Positions 11,902 to 23,686 of a stretch of 64,000 nucleotides of DNA are shown here, piece by piece. The stretch covers positions 248,001 through 312,000 of the forward strand of contig JAVKOQ020000007.1 of the NCBI GenBank assembly GCA_031835245.2, read 5' to 3'. The position numbers and the translations under genes are program-made. The stretch is from Balamuthia mandrillaris. Its lineage: Eukaryota. Numbering within the stretch: the first letter of the stretch is position 1; the number at the start of each line of letters is the position of its first letter. The notes under the pieces are model-generated. The model made no database searches. It was given only the letters and a program-made list of their open reading frames with translations, and was not told the origin of the DNA.

Positions 11902-13074
11902 ATGGAGGAAGATTTGCCAGAAGAGCTGGTGGCGCTCATCCTCGCGCAGCTGCCCAAGCACGCGGTGGGCGTGGCGGCCAGGACCTGCAACCGCTGGTAC
12001 CGCTGTTCCCCGGTCCACCTGCGCAACCGCCTCTCCGTCAAGTACCTGTGCGGCCGGCTGGCCTTGCTGCAGTGGGCGGTGGGCAACGGCTTGGTGCCCA
12101 ACCATGAAACCTGCGCGGCCGCCGCCGGGCAGGGTCAGCTGGACGTGCTGCAGTGGCTCCGCCTGGAACAGGCTTGCCATTGGGATCGCCAGACCGCCTT
12201 GGCGGCTGCCGAGGGGGGTCATCTGTTGGTCCTCAAGTGGGCCGTGGAGTACGGCTGCCCTTGGCAGGAGCGGCAGGTGGCCACCGTGCTGGCAAAGCAA
12301 GGCCATCTGGAAGGGCTGAAGTGGATGCGACAAAGACCGGATTGGAAGATAGCCTTCTTGTACTTTGTGATGGACTTTGCTGCCTTCCACGGCCATCTGC
12401 ATGTGGTCCAATGGGCACGTTTGCAACAGGGATGCAACTGGACGGAAAGGACCTGCGCCTACGCTGCTGAGAACGGCCATTTGGAAGTGCTGCAGTGGGC
12501 AAGGGAGAGAGGCTGTCCTTGGGACCAGTGGACTTGCCACAACGCAGCCCGCAACGGCCACTTGGAAGTGCTTCGGTGGGCACGAAACAACAAATGCGCT
12601 TGGAACAACGTCACCTGCAAGATGGCAGCGTCCAACGGACAGTTGGAGGTGTTGAAATGGGCAAGAGAGAACGGTTGCCCTTGGGACTCGCTCGATATTT
12701 GTACCCACGGGGCCAGGTCTGGCCACTTGGAGACCTTGAAGTGGCTGAGAGAACAAGGCTGCCCTTGGGACACATGGACATGCGCTGCTGCCGCTGAGAA
12801 CGGCCATTTGGAACTGCTGCAGTGGGCAAGGGAGAACGGCTGTCCTTGGGACGAGCAGACCTGCAGTGGCGCTGCTGAGCAAGGTAACCTGAAGGTGCTG
12901 AAATGGGCGCATGAGAACGGGTGCCCTTGGGACGAGAGCACCTGCGAGAGGGCCGCTTTGGCGGGCCAACTGGAAGTGTTGAAGTGGTTGAGGGCGCATG
13001 GCTGTCCATGGAACCCCGATACCCTTTGCTGCGGAAGCGACGAAGTGTATCAGTGGGTCCAGGAAAACAAATAA
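11902..13074 (+). CDS. Intronless F-box-like + GCPWD-type ankyrin repeat protein (giant-virus-like family), 390 aa
   Basis: N-terminal LPEELVALILAQLP...RTCNRW followed by about 11 repeats of AAxxGHLEVLxWARENGCPWD. Confidence 0.9.
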   Translation: MEEDLPEELVALILAQLPKHAVGVAARTCNRWYRCSPVHLRNRLSVKYLCGRLALLQWAVGNGLVPNHETCAAAAGQGQLDVLQWLRLEQACHWDRQTALAAAEGGHLLVLKWAVEYGCPWQERQVATVLAKQGHLEGLKWMRQRPDWKIAFLYFVMDFAAFHGHLHVVQWARLQQGCNWTERTCAYAAENGHLEVLQWARERGCPWDQWTCHNAARNGHLEVLRWARNNKCAWNNVTCKMAASNGQLEVLKWARENGCPWDSLDICTHGARSGHLETLKWLREQGCPWDTWTCAAAAENGHLELLQWARENGCPWDEQTCSGAAEQGNLKVLKWAHENGCPWDESTCERAALAGQLEVLKWLRAHGCPWNPDTLCCGSDEVYQWVQENK

Positions 13075-13462
13075 GGGTGGTTTGGGTTGGACGGGCCGTT
13101 GTGGTGATGGCAGTGTGCCTATTGTATGCTGACGTTGCAGACCGTCGAAGTTTTTTTTTGTTGTTCATCTTTCGTAACACCTCTCTCATATCGTTATCTT
13201 TGTTCAAACTTTCTTTTTAAAAAAGACATTGGTTTTTTATATAAACGAGAAGAAGCTAAGGGTCATTGTTCGTTCGCAGCCTCTTTTCTTCCGCCACTCA
13301 GTGAGTGAGCGTGCCTTCTTCTTGTTCTTCTCCGTCACCTGAACACGGTGAGGTAAGGACACTGTCCACGTTGATCCGCTAATTTTCACCCTTATTGATC
13401 TGGACAAATAATGGCATGTCCACAGACACCCCGATTCCAGATCAACAACAATAACGACCGAA

Positions 13463-14228
13463 ATGAAGAAGCAGGAGGAGGAGGTGCTTGCTCTTTGTCG
13501 TGATGCCCGACTGGAGGAGTTGAAGCAGTTGGTGGAGCACAAAAAGGTCATTCGCAGGAAGCTCTGGAAAGGCCGCAGCAGCAGCAACAACAACAAAGAC
13601 GACTCCTCCGCCGGCGATGAGACAGCATTGACAGAATTGGATCGGTTGCTGCTCCACAGCGACCCTATGGAAGGCAGAAGCCTGCTTCAAGTGGCCGCCA
13701 TGGAAGACCAACGCGAAACCATTCGCTACCTGCTCAGCGACGCGCTCTACGACCAGGACCAACCCCAACAAGCCACCAAGCGGAACAAACTGGTGAACCA
13801 TCAGGACTTTGCCGGGTGGACGGCGTTGCACGGGGCAGCCAGCCGAGGACACCTGCAGGCATGTCTTTTGTTGTTGGAGGAGGGCCAGGCGGAGGCGCGG
13901 CTGACCTCCAAGGACTCCGCCACGGCACTGCACTACCTCATGAAGCAGACCTACCCCAAAGGACAGAAGCACCTGCTGAGAAGGGTGGTGGAGGAGATGT
14001 TGAAGGTAGGAGCGGACTTGAACGCGGTGAATGTGAACCAGGAGACGGCCTTGCATTTGGCCTGTTGGAAAGGGGATAAGCGCTCCGCCTTTGTTTTGTT
14101 AAAACTGGGCGCTAATATGATGTTGTTCAGCAAGTACGTATCGCTTTGGAGTTTTTTACTTGCACTCTTCCTCTCTTCGTTTGGCTTTTCTTACTCTCTG
14201 CTCTCTTCTATTTTTTTCGCTTTTCGCT

Positions 14229-14270
<42 letters not shown>

Positions 14271-15665
14271 CCTCTCTCTGTTTCTCTCTCCATTGTAGTT
14301 TTGTTTAACACATGCGTTCCTAACACCAAACCAACAAAAAAACAACAGGTCAGGAGAGACGTGCCTGCACTATGCAGTGCGCAACGGGCACTTGGAGGTG
14401 GTACGGCTGCTGGTGCAGAACGGAGCGGACGTCAGCGCTGTGGGCAACAATGGTTCTGCTTCTGACATTGCTCGTGAATGTCAACACACTCACATCGCCG
14501 ACTACATAGATAGTTTCGTATTCTCTCTTTTCTCCTCTCTCCTTCTTCTTCTTCTCTCGTTCCGTCTATAACTCTTTCTTTGTGTATCGCAAAGAGTTCT
14601 TTACGATACGCCAACTGCCGGATGAGATTCTATTGTACATTTTCAGCTTTTTGCATACAGAACAACACGTTCTTTGTGTGACTCACGTTTGCAAACACTT
14701 TCGTCGCATTGGCAGCGAGCCCATGTTCGTTACTCCTGTGCTCTGTGCTTGTTTGTTGTTTTTTCTTTAACCCCCTTTCCATCCTGGAAACAGACTTTGG
14801 GAACCATTTCTAAGAAGAGCAGATCCATCCAAACTGAAAGCAACAACAGATTGGAAGAAAGCTTTCTTGGACCATCGTCACGCTCTCCTCGTTCAAAAGG
14901 AGAAGCAGAAACAGGAGGCGCTAGAAAGAGAGAAATTGCTGAGGGCTCCTCTTATGAAGCGATGCGACCCGGCAACTTATGGCTTTGACTTTATGGCAAA
15001 GGTGGTCATTATAGGCGATTCTGGTGTTGGCAAAGTACATCCTTTTCTCCTCTTCTTTTTTTTTTTCGTTCTTTTTTTTTCCCTAACATTGCTTTCGTTG
15101 TTGATGCATTTAGAGTCATTTAGTAACGCGGTTGGTGGTATGTCATCCTATCTTTCTCTAAATATATCTAATAGAGACACCAAAGTTTATTCACTTACAT
15201 TTTGATGTTTCGTTTGTGTTTTTTTTTTCACCCGGACAGAGTGGAACTTATACAGACTCGTACTTTCCTAGCTTTGTTGAATTTGTAAGTTTCTCTTTCA
15301 CTCTGTCTCTTTCTCTCCCTTTCTGTACATTCCCTGAGAGTTCGTTATTCCTAGGAACCCTTTACAATCATGACAAAAACCGGCCAGACACTCAAGTTAC
15401 AAATAGTGCGCATCTTTTCTTGTTTTTCTTCTTGTTGTTCTTCTTCCTCTTCTTCTTTCTTCCAGCTTCCCTCGCTCCTCTCCCTCTTATCTCTCTTCAA
15501 CATTCACACCAAAAAACAAAAACAAAACAAACAAAAACAACTTCTAGTGGGAGCCAATGCTAAGATTCAGAAATTATAACTTTGCGCCAATATACAGGCG
15601 TGCCGCTGGTGTCCTTTTTTGCTTTGACGTGACCAACCGTGAAAGCTTTGACAACGTCAGGTTTA

Positions 15666-15708
<43 letters not shown>

Positions 15709-16151
15709 AAATATTTGTTATCATTGTTTGTTAAATTTTCATTTGTCATTATTTTATTTCATAAAAAAAGAAAGTGGATGCAGGAAGTAGACCGGTATGC
15801 AATGGAAAACGTGCAAAAGATAGTGGTAGCCACCAAAGCGGACTTGTTATATGAACGCGTTGTTACATTTGATGAAGCAAAGGTTTTAACTTTGTTTTTT
15901 TTTTTAATTTTGTTTTTGTTATATTGAAGTTTGCTCCCCTCGGATCTCTTTTGCAGGAATTTGCTGACGAGTTTGGAGTGGAATGCGTGGAAACAAGCGC
16001 CAAGTATGACGACAACGTGATAGCCCCATTCGAGCAGCTCGCCGACCTCATCATGACCAATGTCTTGGAAGAGGATCAGAACCCACAGGGGCAGACTTTG
16101 CTCGTTTCACCTCCCAGAAAGAAGAAATCCAAAAAGTTTCTCTTTTTCTGA
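13463..16151 (+). CDS. Ankyrin repeat + F-box + degenerate Rab1-like small GTPase, copy 2 (multi-exon)
   Basis: Same domain order and intron positions as 8623-11459; LPDEILLYIFSFL, GDSGVGKS, FDVTNRESFDNVR, EVDRYAMENV, ATKAD, ETSAK; ends RKKKSKKFLFF-stop. Confidence 0.84.
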
Positions 16152-16492
16152 AACGAGAGAGAGACCCGAGACGCATTGCCCGATGCTTCTTTCAACCCCT
16201 CCTGCTCTTCCAAAATAAAAAAAAAAATGTAATTTCCATCCAATTCCCTGTCCTCTCTCTTATCTACTCTCCTACCCGCTGTCCTTTCTCATATCCAGGC
16301 GCCTCTCCACGCTCCTGTCCTCGCTTGGTCTACTCTCTTGTCCTCTCTCCTTTCTGTTGTCCGCCCTCTTATCTGCGCTCCTCTCCTGGCTCGTGTCTAT
16401 TCTCATGGCCACATATTGTTGTCGACATTCAATGTCGACAACATTCAATACAAGCAAAAAAAAAAGAAAGGGAAGGAAGGAAGACAAGATAC

Positions 16493-19068
<2,576 letters not shown>

Positions 19069-19221
19069 CTCCTCTCTCTCCTCTCTGATCTCTCGTCTCT
19101 CCCTTTTCGCTCGTATCTGTCGACAAAAACATTCTTAACATTATTCGCTTACCGCGTCGACCCGAAAATATCCGAGAGGGGAAAAAAAGCACGAAAAGAT
19201 CAGATTTTTGCTCTCCGCGAG

Positions 19222-20922
19222 ATGAGAGGTTCGGCAGGGGTTAGAAGGGCCTTGTGCGGAGCAGCGCTCTCGGTTGGAGCTGGCGGCCGCCAGGGCGGTA
19301 GAACTTGGATGCGCGGATCACGCGACCCGTTCGATCTCAGCCAGCTGTTGACCTTTCGCTCCACCGGCCCACGTCACCGCGTCCTCTTCGCCTCTGCTTC
19401 TGCCTCTGCTTTATCCTCCTCCTCTTCTTCTTCCTCTGCTGCTGCTTCTGCTTCTTCAACCTTATCTCTCGCTTCTGCGTATTCCACCAACTGCACAACA
19501 AAGCAACGAAAAGACATAACGTTCCCTGACGGGCGAGAGTACTCTGGCGAGTGGGAGAACGACCAACCCAACGGCCAAGGCTGCGAGCGAAACCCCAACC
19601 TCCGCTACCTTTCTTCTTCGCCGTCCCACAACAACGAGAACATAACCATCACAGAGGAACAGGATTGTTTCTGTTATGTCGGACAGTTTGTCAACGGAAA
19701 GAAGCAAGGCAAAGGAAGTCTGCGGCGAGGCCATCGCGATGGGGAGGTCCTGGTGGAAGGCGCCTGGGAGGACAACCGCCTGCTGCGAGGCAAAGAGCGC
19801 TCTGCCGACGGCACCATCTACGAGGGCGAGTTCTCTTATTCGCTTTACAGCATTCAACAGCAAAACGAAGAAGAAGAAGCACAAGAACGAGCGAACAGAG
19901 AAGAGGAGGAAGAGGGCCAGGCCCTCCGAGTGGTGATTTGGCAAAGAGAAGGCAAAGGCACGACCACCAATCGAGAGGGCACGCAGGTCTACTCTGGAGG
20001 ATGGAAGGCTGGACGAGAACATGGACGAGGCACGATAAGCTGGCCTCAAGACCAGGTCGCCATCGAAGGAGAGTGGGCGGAGGGCCGTTTGGTGCATGGC
20101 AAGCAAACCTCCTCCGATGGAGTCCTGACTTACGAAGGACAGTTTGATGAGAACCTCCGGTTCCATGGGAAGGGCAAAGCCAGAAGCAACCGACCAGAGT
20201 CGCCTCATGTCTACAGCGGAGAATGGGTGCATGGCGATGCTCACGGGTATGGCTTCCTGCACAACCTAAAGGATGACAGCCGCTATCAGGGGCAGATGCT
20301 GAACGGAAAGCCCCATGGCTTTGGCACCTTGACTTCCTTTCCGCCTTCCGCTCCCTCTCCTTCTTCGCCCTCCGCAGAACGTGGAGGAACAAACCAAAGT
20401 ACCAATGCTGGAGAAGCTGACAAACAAGAACCAAACGAAGCAGACTCTTCCTCGTCAATACCATCACCACCACCACCAACCACCATGGTCTACGAAGGAC
20501 ACTTCAAGTACGGACAAAGAGAAGGGCAAGGCAAGCAGGACTTTGGGGATGGTCGCGTCTACGAGGGGGAGTTCAGGAACGACCTGGCCGAGGGATCGGG
20601 CCGGCTGCTCGACCGAAGCACCGGCGACTTTTACGAGGGGCAATGGCGGCAGGGCCAGCAGCACGGCAGGGGGCGGCTGCACAGCCTCTCGGAGGGGAAA
20701 GTGGTGGAGGGGCAGTGGCGCTGCGGGCTGCTGCACGGCGTGGTGGAGGAGAGGGAGCTGTTGTCGTTGGGCGGCGGGGGCACAACAGCAGCAGCGGAGG
20801 AGGAGGAGGAGAGGGAAGAAGGCGAACGGGAGAAGAGGGGAAGGTTGTTGTGTCGCTCGGTTTGGCGAGAAGGAGTGAAAGTGGAGGAAGAACGAACAGA
20901 AGAGGGTGAACTAAGAAAATAA
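19222..20922 (+). CDS. Intronless MORN-repeat protein, 566 aa, with Arg/Ser/Ala-rich N-terminus (possible mitochondrial presequence)
   Basis: Repeated YxGxW/FxxGxxHGxG units (YSGEWENDQPNGQG, YSGGWKAGREHGRG, YEGQWRQGQQHGRG). Confidence 0.9.
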   Translation: MRGSAGVRRALCGAALSVGAGGRQGGRTWMRGSRDPFDLSQLLTFRSTGPRHRVLFASASASALSSSSSSSSAAASASSTLSLASAYSTNCTTKQRKDITFPDGREYSGEWENDQPNGQGCERNPNLRYLSSSPSHNNENITITEEQDCFCYVGQFVNGKKQGKGSLRRGHRDGEVLVEGAWEDNRLLRGKERSADGTIYEGEFSYSLYSIQQQNEEEEAQERANREEEEEGQALRVVIWQREGKGTTTNREGTQVYSGGWKAGREHGRGTISWPQDQVAIEGEWAEGRLVHGKQTSSDGVLTYEGQFDENLRFHGKGKARSNRPESPHVYSGEWVHGDAHGYGFLHNLKDDSRYQGQMLNGKPHGFGTLTSFPPSAPSPSSPSAERGGTNQSTNAGEADKQEPNEADSSSSIPSPPPPTTMVYEGHFKYGQREGQGKQDFGDGRVYEGEFRNDLAEGSGRLLDRSTGDFYEGQWRQGQQHGRGRLHSLSEGKVVEGQWRCGLLHGVVEERELLSLGGGGTTAAAEEEEEREEGEREKRGRLLCRSVWREGVKVEEERTEEGELRK

Positions 20923-21035
20923 GAAGTGCAAAATCTGTTTCGAAAAGAGAATTATGTTTTTTTTTACTAGTAGGTTGTTACAAGAAACAAAAAAAATAAG
21001 AGTGCGAAGAAGGGAAACAAAAAAAAAGGGGGGAT

Positions 21036-21560
21036 TTAGTGAGCCTTGGAAGGATCCTTCATCCAGCTGGTCATGTTGTTTTGTACGCCGCTGTGACCGC
21101 CGTACTTTTGATCGTCGAACTTGGTCCAACCCTCCCTCAACACGGCTCGGGAAAGGGCCACGTGCAGCCTGAAGAAGTTGTTGTCCTCGCACTTGGTGAC
21201 GATGTACTCGCTGCCTCCGAGCCAGGAGTCATCGGCCGCGGACTGCAGGAACTGGATCTGCTTGTTGCCGTCCTTTTGTCGGTCCTTGCAGAACTTGCGG
21301 ACGATGCCGACGACGCAGTCGGGCACGTTGCCCACCAGATGCATGCGGTCCCCGCTGTAGCTCACACCAAAGACCTGGATGGCGTCGGGGTTCTCGTTGG
21401 GGCGGAAGACCTCGGAGGCCTCCTCCTCGGAGGACTCGGGCTCCTCGCGCTTCTCCTCCTTCTTCTTCTTCTCCTCGGCGGTGGCGGTGGTCTTGTCCTT
21501 GTTCTTCTTCTCGGCCCCCTTGTCCTTCTTCTCCTTCTTTTCTTTCTTGGCGGTGGACAT
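21036..21560 (-). CDS. Hypothetical protein, 174 aa, Lys/Glu-rich N-terminus plus a small globular domain
   Basis: Clean ATG-to-TAA ORF with strong G/C third-position bias and AT-rich flanks; no family recognised. Confidence 0.75.
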   Translation of the reverse strand: MSTAKKEKKEKKDKGAEKKNKDKTTATAEEKKKKEEKREEPESSEEEASEVFRPNENPDAIQVFGVSYSGDRMHLVGNVPDCVVGIVRKFCKDRQKDGNKQIQFLQSAADDSWLGGSEYIVTKCEDNNFFRLHVALSRAVLREGWTKFDDQKYGGHSGVQNNMTSWMKDPSKAH

Positions 21561-22027
21561 TGTGTGTGTGCGTGTGTGCGTGCGTGTATGTGTGTGTGTT
21601 TATGTTTTGTTTTTTTTCGTACACCCCCAAAAAAAATAAAATAAAATAAAAAAATAAAACTTTGCACAACAACAACAAAGGGGAAGGCGTGTGTCTGTTG
21701 TGCAGTTTTACTGTGACAAACTGAATCATTAATGGGGTGGGCAGAGGGCTAATTCATTTGAGGGGCGACCAATGGCGGATTCGTGCAGACAAACACCCCC
21801 TCAAGCATGGTGAATATGGGTCAAAAAAAAACCGCAGGAGAGGGGCGGACGGGTTCGTTTCTTAACGAGGGGGGAGTAGTGCGGTTTTGGGGGAGGAAGC
21901 GAGAGTGGGTTGCGCCTCGGGAGCGAGCCAAGAGTGTCCGAGTACGCAGGCGTTCGGGCATGCGGCCAGAGGGCGGGGACAAATGGCGCGTTGAAGGGGT
22001 GGCTCCGCGTTGACATTCAAACACCCG

Positions 22028-23437
22028 TTACAGATATACGATCGGTGGGCCGCAGCTCCACGTCCAGGTGAGGTGCAACAGCGTTTGGTTGGACAAGCTC
22101 ACAGCCACCAGTGCTGAATCCCAATCCCCTGAAAACCAAACAATCTCCCGCTTTGTTGACCCCGTTGCCTCTTCTTCTTGTTCCTCTTCTTCTCGTTTTG
22201 CTGCCATCCTTTCTTTACCTTCAACGCCACAAAGGCGCCTTGGGTACGTTTCCAACCGTTCTTCCAAAAGGCGAAGCAAAGTGGGGTCTCTTTTGAAATA
22301 CTCGCCAGCAGGGTCTATACGTAGAGCGCACTTCAAGTTGCAGGGCGGGCTTTCCAACATTCTCTGCCAAAAGTCAGCAAAGGAACAAGAAGAAGAAGAT
22401 GATGGCTCGGAGTTTTGCTTCGCAGCAGCAAGGGTCCAACGAAGAGGCAACGGCTTAATGTACTGTTCAAGCAGCTGAACCGTCAGTTGTGGCTGGCCAG
22501 GTGCATGTCTAACTGCGTTCAGAAACCACTCCTCCTCCTCCTTCGAGGCTAGGCACCGCTCGTCTTGGGGGTTGGAGCGAGCATTGTGATGTTCTCTCCA
22601 GAGATATAGTTTCCTCCACGGATACAGGTAGACTTGTAGCAGCACGCGTTGCCATTGGTACTTGCTTGAAAAAAAGATGGCAGAGAGTTCTTCGTTGCTG
22701 TCAGGAACGCTGAACGAGTTCAAGCAAGGCATGTCTGGAAAGCGACGCATGTAGGAGGAGCGCCACATGTGGTCGTCGTTGGCGATGAAGCTGTTGAAGA
22801 AGGAGCAGGTTTGTTCGAGTTGGAGCAGCGATGCACCGTCCAAATAGCCATCAAAGCACAACATGCTCAGTAACTCGATGGGTAGACCCAACAACAAGCT
22901 TTCCGTATCCTTCCCCTTCCCTATCCCCTTCTTCTCCTCCGCTTCTTTATCGCTTGCCAACCCGTTTCGTTGTTGCTTCTCGAAGAACAAAAGGGAAGGG
23001 ACGCAGATGCTGTGTTTTTGCTGTTTGGCCGCAAGGAACTCTTTGCAGTCTTCATCAAAGCCTAGTCCCCTCCACAGCAGCAAAAGCCGTCGCGCCATCC
23101 CGTAAAAGGAGTCCTCATGTAACCTTGCAACAATCGTTTTGAGCACCGTCCACTTCATGTTCTGCGGCAACACTTGAAGCCTTCTCTCCCCCACTTCCGT
23201 CAACAACGGTTTCAAAACCTCTGCACTTGCTTCTTGCAGCAGGAACTCGAGCAAAGGCCTGTCCTCAAAGGCTTTGCCAGTGTCACCGGAGGAAAGACAC
23301 GCGCACAAGACGTCCTCCTCCTCCATCCCAGCGGATATCATTCCTTCCATCTCGCGCCATTTCTTCAGCACTTCCTGCTCTTGCTGCCTTTGAAGAATGG
23401 CCTGAACAACACCTCGCAGGGCATCGCAGAACTCCAT
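22028..23437 (-). CDS. Intronless F-box protein, 469 aa
   Basis: Internal F-box LLGLPIELLSML...LDGASLLQLEQTCSFF...DDHMWR; long uninterrupted ORF. Confidence 0.8.
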   Translation of the reverse strand: MEFCDALRGVVQAILQRQQEQEVLKKWREMEGMISAGMEEEDVLCACLSSGDTGKAFEDRPLLEFLLQEASAEVLKPLLTEVGERRLQVLPQNMKWTVLKTIVARLHEDSFYGMARRLLLLWRGLGFDEDCKEFLAAKQQKHSICVPSLLFFEKQQRNGLASDKEAEEKKGIGKGKDTESLLLGLPIELLSMLCFDGYLDGASLLQLEQTCSFFNSFIANDDHMWRSSYMRRFPDMPCLNSFSVPDSNEELSAIFFSSKYQWQRVLLQVYLYPWRKLYLWREHHNARSNPQDERCLASKEEEEWFLNAVRHAPGQPQLTVQLLEQYIKPLPLRWTLAAAKQNSEPSSSSSCSFADFWQRMLESPPCNLKCALRIDPAGEYFKRDPTLLRLLEERLETYPRRLCGVEGKERMAAKREEEEQEEEATGSTKREIVWFSGDWDSALVAVSLSNQTLLHLTWTWSCGPPIVYL

Positions 23438-23476
23438 TTCTTCTTCTCTTCCTGTAATGCACTTTGAGCGTTTGAT

Positions 23477-23671
23477 AAAAAAAAGACGCGCCTGGGTGTC
23501 GAACGCAAGCCCTCCTCACCATGCACATTCTTCTGATTAAAAAGAACAGTGATCCAAGCGGGATTCGAACGCAGTCCCTGCGTTTGGGTTCTGATAGATC
23601 AACAAAAAAAAGACATTGTTGACATCGGGATTCGAATTGGGTCCGGTTCGGTTTCCTCGCATTCAAAAAAA
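23477..23671 (-). repeat. Three degenerate ~62-65 bp tandem units, each with a Pol III B-box-like motif followed by an oligo-T run
   Basis: Minus strand: ATTCGAATCCC..T8, GTTCGAATCCC..T5, GTTCGACACCC..T8; no full cloverleaf. Confidence 0.55.
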
Positions 23672-23686
23672 TAGAAACGAAAAGGA

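Noticed and set aside
11797..12999. 400-aa antisense ORF over the ankyrin gene
   Set aside because: Antisense shadow of a repetitive, codon-biased gene.
15035..15050. GTACATCCTTTT donor as a possible U12-type intron
   Set aside because: Does not match RTATCCTT exactly, no U12 branch site was seen, and the paralogous intron has an ordinary GTATGT donor.
23477..23671. Possible CRISPR-like array or tRNA gene cluster
   Set aside because: Only three poorly conserved units, no cas genes in a eukaryotic context, and no complete cloverleafs; kept only as a B-box-like repeat.
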